The notes beneath the pieces are model-generated. The model made no database searches. It was not told the DNA's origin and saw only the letters and a list, made by a program, of their open reading frames with translations. 29,764 bases of DNA from IMG/VR virus record IMGVR_UViG_3300030376_006729, positions 1 to 29,764 of that record. The stretch is one strand, 5' to 3'. Shown here in pieces: positions 1 to 9,141 of the stretch (position 1 is its first letter; the number at the start of each line of letters is the position of its first letter). Both the position numbers and the translations under genes were made by a program. Origin of the DNA: a virus. Lineage: Duplodnaviria; Caudoviricetes.

Positions 1-1909
1 TAGTATTAATACTAGCATAAATATAATATAATTGATTTGTAGGACTTTTAATAGTTCCAATATATTTCCATCCACTTTCTAAATCAGTTCTTCCTATTCC
101 AGATGGACCAACTGGTGATCCTACTAAACCATCAATATGTAAAGATTCTGTAGGTAGTTCATTGTTTATAAATGAACCTTGATGATTCCATCCTGTAACA
201 CCTGTTGTAGTTGCTTGAACTATTATTGGTGCATTAGTAGTATCAAATCCTACTTGCCATTTAGTTTGTGATACACCATCATTATATGTTGCAATTTCTA
301 AAGTATTTGCACCTGTTTGTAATAAAGATTCATCTGTTTTCCATTCTGTAGATGTAGGTGTGTAAACTGTAGATACACATGATGGTGCAGTTGTAGAAAC
401 TAATTGTACTGGACAATCAGCTTTTTCTGTAATTCCAGATTTAGTAACTTTAGTATTTACTTTATATTGAGTAGAAGATTTTAAATTAGAAAAAGTTCCC
501 ACTAAATTAGCACGAAATGTTGTAAAAGATCTTGAATCTAATAAAGATCCAGAATTTGTTTTTAATTCTACTGTTACAACATATCCATTATTTTCAGCAT
601 ATTTTAAATCACTTACTGTAAATGGAATTGTATCTGCTGTAATTGTTCCAATTGATAATGTTGGACATGCAGTCTCATTATGTATTGTAAAGTTTTGTAT
701 TTCTGAACATTGATTATCTCCATTAGAAAAACAAAATTCTACTTTTACAGAATAGTTACTTGAGATATCAAGATTACCCATACTAGCTACAGCTATTCTA
801 TATGGAGTATTACTATTTTGATAATGTCCTGCAACATTTACATAATAAACTTTTGAATTTAAAGAAGAATCTGAAATAGTAATTTTTGTTCCTCTTGAAT
901 TACAATCATTATAAGTTTTAGGAATTATTGAATCAGAAAAATCTAAACTAATAGCTGATGTATTACCATTAGCTTTTTCAACAGTTCCTTTTACATCAAA
1001 AGTAAGATCACTACATAATGGATTAGCCACTGTTTCTTTCATACTTTCTACTGCATTTCTTATGTCATTTGTTGTTAACCATAAGTTTTGAAATGATTGT
1101 GCAAGGTTTCTTGGTAAACTAATCCAACTTTTAATTGCTGACATTGTACCATTACCACTTAATCTATCTCTAGCAGCTAAATTAGGTGCAGCTGCAATTG
1201 CTGAATTTACATTTCCTGTAGATCCAAATACTGAAGCATATTCACTTAATACTACATTTGTTGCAACAATTGCTGTTTCTATACTTTGTTGTCTTCCTGT
1301 TCCACCTATTGATAATGTAACTTTTGGTAAAGTAACTGTAGAGTTTCTTTTAGATGCAGCTTCTAATGATACAATTCTACCATTTATTGATTTATATAAT
1401 CTATTAACATCATTAATAGCAATACCTTGACTTACAATTTGTTCAGCTAAAAAATGTGCATAACCTTTGTTTATTGTAGAATCATATAATACCATTGTTT
1501 CTACATTGTCAGTAGTATTTAGATATTTTTTTGCTGATTCTCTTAAAGATTGAGGAAGGTTTATTACACAGGAACAAACATCTACTTCAGATTGACCACT
1601 AGCTGCACAGACTTTAGTTATTATATTATTAAGAAGTGTTTGAATATTATTAGCTTTACCGTAATCAGTTTCTAAGCAAAGTTGATTAACAGTTCTAATA
1701 TCTACATTTACACCTGATCTAGCACCTGCATTACCATTTGCAGTTAAACCACAACATTCACATAATTGTTCTGCTAATTTAGCAACTACATCACTAATGG
1801 TATCTCCATTACATATGTTAACACATGTAAGATCTGGCCCTTGCCAAATCACACAATTTGATGATGTATTGTTACACCCATTAGTGGTGTTTGATTTATT
1901 AGGTATCAT
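1..1909 (-). CDS. Cys-rich tail/fibre-associated structural protein, >636 aa, running off the window start (absent from the ORF track)
   Basis: Manual translation from ATG at 1909: MIPNKSNTTNGCNNTSSNCVIWQGPDLTCVNICNGDTISDVVAKLAEQLCECC...; the frame stays open to position 2. Later beta-rich FN3-like segment (GTFSNLKSSTQYKVNTKV). Preceded by the late-promoter motif at 1952-1961. Confidence 0.75.
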   Translation of the reverse strand, partial: MIPNKSNTTNGCNNTSSNCVIWQGPDLTCVNICNGDTISDVVAKLAEQLCECCGLTANGNAGARSGVNVDIRTVNQLCLETDYGKANNIQTLLNNIITKVCAASGQSEVDVCSCVINLPQSLRESAKKYLNTTDNVETMVLYDSTINKGYAHFLAEQIVSQGIAINDVNRLYKSINGRIVSLEAASKRNSTVTLPKVTLSIGGTGRQQSIETAIVATNVVLSEYASVFGSTGNVNSAIAAAPNLAARDRLSGNGTMSAIKSWISLPRNLAQSFQNLWLTTNDIRNAVESMKETVANPLCSDLTFDVKGTVEKANGNTSAISLDFSDSIIPKTYNDCNSRGTKITISDSSLNSKVYYVNVAGHYQNSNTPYRIAVASMGNLDISSNYSVKVEFCFSNGDNQCSEIQNFTIHNETACPTLSIGTITADTIPFTVSDLKYAENNGYVVTVELKTNSGSLLDSRSFTTFRANLVGTFSNLKSSTQYKVNTKVTKSGITEKADCPVQLVSTTAPSCVSTVYTPTSTEWKTDESLLQTGANTLEIATYNDGVSQTKWQVGFDTTNAPIIVQATTTGVTGWNHQGSFINNELPTESLHIDGLVGSPVGPSGIGRTDLESGWKYIGTIKSPTNQLYYIYASINT

Positions 1910-1951
1910 AAACGTTTATTCTTTACAGTTGTATCAAGTACATGTATACAA

Positions 1952-1961
1952 TATAATATAC
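1952..1961 (-). promoter_or_regulatory. Putative phage late promoter motif (GTATATTATA on - strand)
   Basis: The same motif recurs in intergenic gaps at 5432, 7118, 13185 and 25173, always upstream of minus-strand genes. Confidence 0.6.
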
Positions 1962-2002
1962 TGATTTTTACTCATACAAACAAGTTATTTATTTTGTTTA
2001 AT

Positions 2003-4837
2003 CTATATTATTCCATATTTAGTCTTTAAATATGACACTACGTCATTTAATTCTGCATCAGTTAAAGCTTTTTTAAATATTAAAGATTCATAAAAATGCC
2101 CTTTCCAAGGAAAAGCTAACATACCTCCACCACGAATTGCTATTCCACCTAATGTAAATTGCGGATCATAAACTCCCACTGATCCTCCACTAAAATCAAA
2201 ATTTACTGCAGTAGGTGGATCAAAAGGTATAACTTGATTATATGTTGTTACATTATTTAAATCCCACTCATTTCTACCAAGTAAATTATTAGCTTCAACA
2301 TCTGTTGATCTAAGTATTAATAATTCTAAACCTGGATTTACAAATGGTATAACTATACCTGGATTTTCATTATTAGAAGCACCATTTATTAATGCTCTTG
2401 TAGATTTAGAACCTGGTGGTAAACCTTGACCACTTAAATACATATAAGCTCCAGCTAATTGACCATCAGTGCTTCTTGCACCATAAAAAGTAGATGTGTA
2501 CATATTATCTGAAGAAGTAAGAACTGTTTCAGGAGTATGATTTACTATATTAATAATAGTAAAGTTTTGAACACTTAAATTATTTAAAGTAGAAAAACTA
2601 ACACCATCATTAACACCACCAAATCCAGCAGCATATGAACCAGTAAATGGCATTCCTACAGCCCCAGTTCCATCTACTGTCATATCAACAAAAGTTTGAT
2701 TAATTGTAGAATTGATAGCATATCTTGGAAATGATGGTTGAACATTAGTCCAGCCAAGAGTTTCAACACTTCTTAAGAAATTACCAAGTTTGTTTGTAGA
2801 TGTAGATTTATTATTTACACGTCTAACAGGATCACCTTGACTTGTTGGATTAGTTGTACCTGCAAGATCAGTAAATATAGAACTTGAATCTGTAAAGTCC
2901 CACCAACCTACTAAATCTTCTCCAAATGTATCAGGAATAGTAATACTGTATATACCACTATAACCAGATTCAGTTTCAGTACATTTAGTTTTTATTCTAT
3001 ATTCATAAGTGCTACCTGCACTAAGTGATAGATTAACAGTAAAAGTAGTTACACTTGCAGGTTTTGCTATTGTAATTACCTCCCATCCACCGTCTCCAGC
3101 TGCTGTGTAAACTCTATATTCAAATATATATGATTCAATTGTATTTGATGAATTATTTAAATTAAAATCTTGAAATGTTAATGTAATACTTGCAGGATTA
3201 GTAAGCACTGGACCAGTTGTTGTATTTATTAAAGCAGGTGCTTTACATGGGCATAATTCATCTACTGGTGTACAAACAATAGCATTTGAATCTGTTACAG
3301 TTATTTTTATGTTTTGTATTGCACATCCACCACCTGTTGTTATACAATGACATAAATTTAAATTATGATCTGTATCTACAGATGCATTTTGAACTACTAT
3401 TTCAAGATAACCTAATTCATTAGTAATATATGTTCCACCATCAAAAGTAATTTCATAATTAGGCATTACTTCTCCATTTTGATTTACTACTTCAAATACT
3501 AATGTTTCTGTATCACATATTGGAAATAAACCTTCACATTTTTGTGTTGAATTATTATATGTATATCCTTCAGGACATTGTTGTACTAATGTAGAAGTTT
3601 CTTGTCTACACCCTGGACAATCAGCACTAAACGGACTTGTTGTTGTAAGTACACCTACATTACATGTCCATGGTTCTGAATTATTTATATTTTGATATAA
3701 TGATGGTTGTAAATCACTAGCAAAAACTTCTGTAAGCGCACTTCTAGATTCTGCTGCTAAAATTTCTGCTTTAGAGTTTTGCCATACTACAGCAGCAAGC
3801 ATTCCTTCAAAATCTTTATTAAAACCTTTAATATTAATTCTATGACAACCAGCATCAAGAGTTATTGGATAAATAAACCATCTTGCTGCACTTACCCTAT
3901 TATTATTACCAACACCTGTAAAAGGATCAATACTTTGAACATAATAATAAACACTAGATGAATGACATTCGTTTGCACCATGACCTTCTTGTTCTATAAG
4001 ACCACCCCAAGTATAAGCTCCAGAACCATCAGGATCCCAATTTGAATCAGCTTGACCTATTGATTGAGTTATATTACTAGTACTAAACGTATTTAACCCA
4101 ATAAGATCTGTTGTTACACCACCTGTTGTTGTAGAAAGTCCAAATTTGTGATCTGCACATATTGCTACATGATAAGTTGTTGTTGCAGTAGGCGTTACAT
4201 TTACAGCCCATTCATATGTTACACTTGATGGCCAACCACCTGATGGTCTTTTTGCTAATGCATTACAAAAATTCGTTACTGTAACATTAGGATTTAAAGA
4301 ATTAAAAAATTCACCGTCAGGATCTGTTGCATCATAATATTTCCACCAAGAATTATCAGGATCATTATCATTATCTAATGCAATCATAAAAGGGTTTGTA
4401 CCAGTTCCATCTACATTTATACTTTCAAAAATAATAGGACAATCTCTTCCATATCTAAAATTATTAGCTGGTACTAAAGAAGTTGGTGTACCATTAGGAA
4501 TTGAATCTGCTGTTGTATATTCTGTAACACCCACTAATTCTAATTCTGCTTCTGCATCACAAAGACCTGTTACTGCATTAAAAGTTCCTGGGGGTGCACA
4601 ATAATTTGCTATTGGATTTCTTGTGTAATTTTTATCAAATTTTTCTGGCATGACTTCATATCCAATATCTTGCCAGTTACACATATAATTTTTTATATTG
4701 ATTTTTTCAAGATCATTAGGACAGCAAAATGTAAGACCATATCTATCAGCCCTCATTTTTTTGTAGACTTTGTCAGCAAATTCTTCTTTTATATTAATTT
4801 GCTTTTCTATTTCTTCTTGTTTTTTCTTAGATGCCAT
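2003..4837 (-). CDS. Multidomain tail fibre/adhesin-like protein (Cys-rich motifs, PA14-like, transthyretin-like, FN3, LamG-like C-terminus)
   Basis: ORF track gives 950 aa from TTG 4855; ATG 4837 (MASKKK) is the more likely start. FN3 motif (IESYIFEYR...SAGSTYEYRIKTKC), LamG-like end (LVGWWDF...WKGHFYESLIFKKALTDAELNDVVSYLKTKYG) and a CPEGYTYN..C motif. Confidence 0.65.
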   Translation of the reverse strand: MASKKKQEEIEKQINIKEEFADKVYKKMRADRYGLTFCCPNDLEKINIKNYMCNWQDIGYEVMPEKFDKNYTRNPIANYCAPPGTFNAVTGLCDAEAELELVGVTEYTTADSIPNGTPTSLVPANNFRYGRDCPIIFESINVDGTGTNPFMIALDNDNDPDNSWWKYYDATDPDGEFFNSLNPNVTVTNFCNALAKRPSGGWPSSVTYEWAVNVTPTATTTYHVAICADHKFGLSTTTGGVTTDLIGLNTFSTSNITQSIGQADSNWDPDGSGAYTWGGLIEQEGHGANECHSSSVYYYVQSIDPFTGVGNNNRVSAARWFIYPITLDAGCHRINIKGFNKDFEGMLAAVVWQNSKAEILAAESRSALTEVFASDLQPSLYQNINNSEPWTCNVGVLTTTSPFSADCPGCRQETSTLVQQCPEGYTYNNSTQKCEGLFPICDTETLVFEVVNQNGEVMPNYEITFDGGTYITNELGYLEIVVQNASVDTDHNLNLCHCITTGGGCAIQNIKITVTDSNAIVCTPVDELCPCKAPALINTTTGPVLTNPASITLTFQDFNLNNSSNTIESYIFEYRVYTAAGDGGWEVITIAKPASVTTFTVNLSLSAGSTYEYRIKTKCTETESGYSGIYSITIPDTFGEDLVGWWDFTDSSSIFTDLAGTTNPTSQGDPVRRVNNKSTSTNKLGNFLRSVETLGWTNVQPSFPRYAINSTINQTFVDMTVDGTGAVGMPFTGSYAAGFGGVNDGVSFSTLNNLSVQNFTIINIVNHTPETVLTSSDNMYTSTFYGARSTDGQLAGAYMYLSGQGLPPGSKSTRALINGASNNENPGIVIPFVNPGLELLILRSTDVEANNLLGRNEWDLNNVTTYNQVIPFDPPTAVNFDFSGGSVGVYDPQFTLGGIAIRGGGMLAFPWKGHFYESLIFKKALTDAELNDVVSYLKTKYGII

Positions 4838-4848
4838 TCTAATTAATT

Positions 4849-5397
4849 TTAACAACAGATATCACATGTAATTTTTTTAAGCTTAGTTTTTGCAAAGTTA
4901 TAAAGTTCCATACCTTCATTTGGACTTTGACAAAATTCAACTTTAGCTTTTGCAGCATCTATTAATGTTCTAATATAATACATTTCAGATAAAAGATCTT
5001 TTTTTGTTGAGGAAGGTTCACATGCTTGTACATCTATATCACATAATTTTTTATAGTATGCACTTAATAATTCTGTAGTTCTTAAGTAATTATATTCAAC
5101 ATAAACTTTATCTGTAGGAGATACTTGGTATTTAATGATATATATACCATCTGCCAATGCTCCAACAGTTGAATTACAACTTGTTGTTTGCACACCTAAT
5201 GCACATGGAGTAAATTTTAAATTAAAATCTTTTTGAACTTTAGTTAATACAGGTGCTGTAAAACCTGGAGGTGTTATCAATAATTCACCACAATTAAAAG
5301 GAATATCATCTGTATAAACACTTGTGTCTACCACATTTAATACAGAACAATTTGATGTTTCAATAACATCTAGACTCAAAATATGTTTAGCTGCCAT
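4849..5397 (-). CDS. Structural protein, possible tail hub (beta N-terminal domain plus helical Cys-rich C-terminus)
   Basis: 182 aa with 10 Cys, ending CDICC. Lies directly after the auxiliary-capsid-like gene, as tail hub genes do in crAss-like phages (synteny inference). Confidence 0.5.
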   Translation of the reverse strand: MAAKHILSLDVIETSNCSVLNVVDTSVYTDDIPFNCGELLITPPGFTAPVLTKVQKDFNLKFTPCALGVQTTSCNSTVGALADGIYIIKYQVSPTDKVYVEYNYLRTTELLSAYYKKLCDIDVQACEPSSTKKDLLSEMYYIRTLIDAAKAKVEFCQSPNEGMELYNFAKTKLKKITCDICC

Positions 5398-5431
5398 ATG
5401 TTTTTAGATTAAAAAAGTATATCATTCATTA

Positions 5432-5444
5432 ATAATATACAAAA
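5432..5444 (-). promoter_or_regulatory. Putative late promoter motif (TTTTGTATATTAT)
   Basis: Copy of the repeated intergenic motif, just downstream of a terminator and 35 nt upstream of ATG 5397. Confidence 0.6.
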
Positions 5445-5464
5445 AATAACAGATTAAATGAAAT

Positions 5465-5497
5465 AAAAAAGGAGCAGATTTTATCTGCCCCCTTTTT
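5465..5497 (-). terminator. Intrinsic terminator after the 502-aa gene
   Basis: Minus strand GGGGCAGAT-AAA-ATCTGCTCC (one G-U pair) followed by TTTTTT; flanking A/T runs suggest it could act bidirectionally. Confidence 0.8.
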
Positions 5498-5536
5498 AAA
5501 CAATGTATATATTGTATTAATTACTAATACTTGATG

Positions 5537-7045
5537 TTATGCTGGCACACCACCTTTAGCTTTAAGGTCAGCTACACTTGTAACAAAACCATCTCCAGCT
5601 AAATTTGGAACTTTAGCAGCCGTTGCTATTGCTAGCCATTCTGCATCAATATCTACACCACCACTACATTTAGTATAAATTCTGTAGTGATACTGATCAT
5701 TATCAAATACACCAGACGGGTTATTAAACCTAGGTACATTGTGAATCATGTGATAAACTTTGAAATGACCATTACAAGCACTTGTAGTAGCATCTCTACC
5801 TAATGCATCAACAATACCACCCATACCTTCTTGTTGTCTGAATCTAGCAGAATCTCTGTTACCTTGATTGTAAGGAGATTGTCTGTAGTTTTCAGTCATA
5901 AGAATGTCATTAATACCTGTCTCAGAAGATGTTCTTCTTTGAGCAAAATCTGCTGTTTGATTAGCACCAGCACCTGCAGCACCGTCTGTAACAAATCCTT
6001 GACAAGCAACACATGGTACACCCGCTTCATCTTGTAAATCAACAGATGTTTTAAGACCTCCTAATAAATAGAAATCTCTAGTATCAAATGAACAAGAACT
6101 AAACTGAGTTTGTAATTCACAACTTGTTTTTAATGTAATAACTACTGCCCATATATTTTTACTAAAATGAGAACCAGTACCAGTTGCACCTGCAGCAATT
6201 CCTGTAAATGTATCTGCACCACCTGTAGTTGTACCAACAACACCTCTAGCACCTCCATTATAAACAGCCATTTCTACAGCTTGTCCAAGAGCAGTTGTAG
6301 GATCTACTAAATCTGCAGGTTGAACTGTAGGAGCAGCTAATCTATTTACATAAAGATGTGCAGTACCTAATTTACTTAAGATAGGATCGTTATTAAATTG
6401 ATCTCTTAAGTTAATAGCTACAATAGATGGAGCAATACCAGAGTGACCAGCTGTTCCAGCAGCATCTAAATCTTGAGTTAGACAACACATATCTACACCA
6501 TTTGCTGGAAAAGCAGCATTAGCTCTTGACGCAGCAGTTGGCATTGGTAATGAGCCAGATAAAGAAGCATAAGCATTATGATTTAATAATCTTAATGCAG
6601 CAGTTCCTTTAATATCTACTCTAAAAATTGGATCTGTTCCACATGGAAAACATGATTTAGATACAGTACCAGCAGCACCAGTACTAGTACTATCAGATAA
6701 AATAGGTGCAACTTGTATTGCAAATCTACCTGAAGTTTCATTAGCACAATCTGTTATCCACATATCAGAAATATATTTGTACATAATCATTTTTGATTTT
6801 GTACTTTCTTTGTAACCCCCATGCCCAGGGTTGTTTCCGATTGTATCATTTGCCATAAAAGCTCCCTGTGCTAAATAAAAGCCAGCATCTTGATTACCTA
6901 TATTAGCTGAAGCAACTTGTTTGTAAGCACCGTTAAGTACTGCAAAGTCACCAGCAGTTGATAAATTAGCTGAAGTTTGAGCAGGGTTATCTTTAAAAGC
7001 AGCTAGGTAAAATGCTTTACCAAATGCATGATTAAAATAAGCCAT
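5537..7045 (-). CDS. Major virion structural protein, probable auxiliary capsid protein of crAss-like phages
   Basis: 502 aa, Ala/Gly/Thr-rich, with its own promoter and terminator (consistent with high expression). Third gene after MCP, matching crAss-like order. Confidence 0.55.
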   Translation of the reverse strand: MAYFNHAFGKAFYLAAFKDNPAQTSANLSTAGDFAVLNGAYKQVASANIGNQDAGFYLAQGAFMANDTIGNNPGHGGYKESTKSKMIMYKYISDMWITDCANETSGRFAIQVAPILSDSTSTGAAGTVSKSCFPCGTDPIFRVDIKGTAALRLLNHNAYASLSGSLPMPTAASRANAAFPANGVDMCCLTQDLDAAGTAGHSGIAPSIVAINLRDQFNNDPILSKLGTAHLYVNRLAAPTVQPADLVDPTTALGQAVEMAVYNGGARGVVGTTTGGADTFTGIAAGATGTGSHFSKNIWAVVITLKTSCELQTQFSSCSFDTRDFYLLGGLKTSVDLQDEAGVPCVACQGFVTDGAAGAGANQTADFAQRRTSSETGINDILMTENYRQSPYNQGNRDSARFRQQEGMGGIVDALGRDATTSACNGHFKVYHMIHNVPRFNNPSGVFDNDQYHYRIYTKCSGGVDIDAEWLAIATAAKVPNLAGDGFVTSVADLKAKGGVPA

Positions 7046-7111
7046 AGTTAAAAATTTTAATTGTTAATAAATAAATAAATAATTGTTTACAGTTGTCTCT
7101 GGTAGCAAAGC

Positions 7112-7131
7112 TACATATATAATATACAAAA
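7112..7131 (-). promoter_or_regulatory. Putative strong late promoter (TTTTGTATATTATATATGTA)
   Basis: Exact 20-bp match to 13179-13198. Confidence 0.7.
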
Positions 7132-7154
7132 TAATGATATAATTACCTCATATA

Positions 7155-7940
7155 TTAGTTATTTTTCTCAGCTGATGCAGATCCTCTTATATATTGATTT
7201 ATATTATCAATATCCCCAGCTATAATAGAAACAGCTTCATCAAGTATTAATTCTACTACATCATCTTTAAATTCACATTCAATATCTTCTGGTGATGTTA
7301 CTAATGTATATGGATCTGTACAACCAGCTAATTCAATATATCTTGGATGTCTATAGTATGTTAATATAGGATTTACTATTTCAAAGTCTTTTTTATATAT
7401 TCTAACTCTATCTCCTTGCATAGTGCAGTATGTTTCACCCCATTCAAAGTCTGGTCTTTTTAATGGATCTCTCATATATAAATCAACATTAGCTTCTTCT
7501 GCTAAATATACAGTCATACTTCTACCTGCTTCTCTTTCTATAGGTATGTATTCTGGTCTTTCGTCTGGTGGAGCAATATTTTCTTCACCATCTATTATTT
7601 TAACCAAAGGACAACATTCTGTAATTGCTTCTGTTGTAATTCTTTTATACTCTAAATAATTTTCAGGAAACCAATCAGGAACACTTTCTATATAATCTCT
7701 AAAATTAATAAATTCTAATCCTAAATCTGTTATAAGAGGTTGAAGATCATCTATTCTTTTTTTAGACATTTCATCTCCTTCCTTATACATATTATTACCA
7801 TGCAATTGTCTTCTACACCATTCTAATTGTGCTTTATTAAAAGCCTCAACAATTTGCCAGCATTCTATATTATCATAGTCATTGCTGGCAATTTTGTTAA
7901 GCCTTTGTCTAAATTTAATTTGTAGTGTAGTATTATTCAT
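7155..7940 (-). CDS. Head-tail connector/ring-type structural protein
   Basis: ORF track 7155-7955; likely start MNNTTLQIK at 7940. Helical N-terminus (FRQRLNK...EAFNKAQLEW) and C-terminal YYRHP...CEFKDDVVELILDEAV pattern typical of P22 gp4-like/crAss ring proteins; second gene after MCP. Confidence 0.55.
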   Translation of the reverse strand: MNNTTLQIKFRQRLNKIASNDYDNIECWQIVEAFNKAQLEWCRRQLHGNNMYKEGDEMSKKRIDDLQPLITDLGLEFINFRDYIESVPDWFPENYLEYKRITTEAITECCPLVKIIDGEENIAPPDERPEYIPIEREAGRSMTVYLAEEANVDLYMRDPLKRPDFEWGETYCTMQGDRVRIYKKDFEIVNPILTYYRHPRYIELAGCTDPYTLVTSPEDIECEFKDDVVELILDEAVSIIAGDIDNINQYIRGSASAEKNN

Positions 7941-7942
7941 AA

Positions 7943-9058
7943 TTACATATTCCAATAATATTCAACTTGACTAAGTAAAGACATTACATGTTCTTCATTT
8001 AAAGGATTTTTACACCACTCTAAACAACCTGCTGGTGTTTTACCCATTTTTAAAGATCCAAAGTATATCCAACCATCAGCTTTATTTGTGATTAATGAAT
8101 ATCCACTTGCATCTTTAATAATAGCTTTAAGCTTTAGATCTTCCATACTTAATCTTGATGCATCTAGAAATGTTTGTGCACTTCTTCTTGCATTACTATC
8201 ATATCCATCACCATGAATAAATGAATCCATGTTTTCATATATTATGTCATTAGCTGTAGATTTATTGTACTGTGTACTATTAGCATCTACAATTTTTGCT
8301 ACATAAAACAATTTTGTATTTTGTGAATCATACATTGTTGTTAATGCTGCTAATGCTCTATTTCTTAATTTAGAAATTTCTGTTCTTGTACTAACTGTAT
8401 CTTCAAGTTTATCTAAATAAAATTTATAACTTGTTCTACTTTTAGCTTGTTTTAAATTTTTAGCTACCATAGAAAATCCTCCTGCTTCAATTGCATATAT
8501 TTTAATTAAATCATAAGGATCACTTGATGGATCTAAATATAAAGGTTCATTACTTAACCTTATACTAATTTTACTCCAAAAATCATAATTATCATGTCTT
8601 AATAATTTAACTTTATTCCAAAATTCTGGATCTTCAGAGTCTAATATATTAGCTGCTAAATCTCTTTCAAGTGTAGCAACTGCTTTTCTTATTTCTCTTA
8701 TTTTTGCTTCCCTTTTAACTGGTGGAAGTTTTCTAATTTCAGGTGAAAATTCATTTAAACCTGTTACATATCTTTTAATACCATTTACTTCAAGACACGT
8801 TAGCTCTTCTTCATGAACTACTCCTTCAAAAAGTGACATGCTATAATTTTCTAATCCCATATTTTCTGTATCACCATCAAAAAATGTACGTATTGCAATT
8901 GATTGATTTTTACCTTCTTGATATTTTTCAATCATTGTAACTTCTTTAATTGCTTGTTCTGTATACGTTGGTTCTACAATATTAGTTACAGTTTCTTTAA
9001 CATTATCTGTTAATGCTGTTTCAACTATTTCTTTGGATTTATTTTTTTTCTTTGCCAT
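7943..9058 (-). CDS. Conserved head-module protein following MCP (crAss 'gene 75'-like position)
   Basis: 371-aa ORF directly downstream of MCP; function inferred from synteny only. Confidence 0.5.
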   Translation of the reverse strand: MAKKKNKSKEIVETALTDNVKETVTNIVEPTYTEQAIKEVTMIEKYQEGKNQSIAIRTFFDGDTENMGLENYSMSLFEGVVHEEELTCLEVNGIKRYVTGLNEFSPEIRKLPPVKREAKIREIRKAVATLERDLAANILDSEDPEFWNKVKLLRHDNYDFWSKISIRLSNEPLYLDPSSDPYDLIKIYAIEAGGFSMVAKNLKQAKSRTSYKFYLDKLEDTVSTRTEISKLRNRALAALTTMYDSQNTKLFYVAKIVDANSTQYNKSTANDIIYENMDSFIHGDGYDSNARRSAQTFLDASRLSMEDLKLKAIIKDASGYSLITNKADGWIYFGSLKMGKTPAGCLEWCKNPLNEEHVMSLLSQVEYYWNM

Positions 9059-9092
9059 TTTATTATTGGTTTATTAGTTTATAAAAATTTAA

Positions 9093-9128
9093 AAATAATA
9101 TAAGGGAGGATTTTACTCCTCCCCTATA
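9093..9128 (-). terminator. Intrinsic terminator after major capsid gene
   Basis: Minus strand TATAGGGGAGGA-GTAAAA-TCCTCCCTTATA (12 bp, one G-U) then TTATTTTT. Confidence 0.75.
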
Positions 9129-9141
9129 ATACATATGAATA

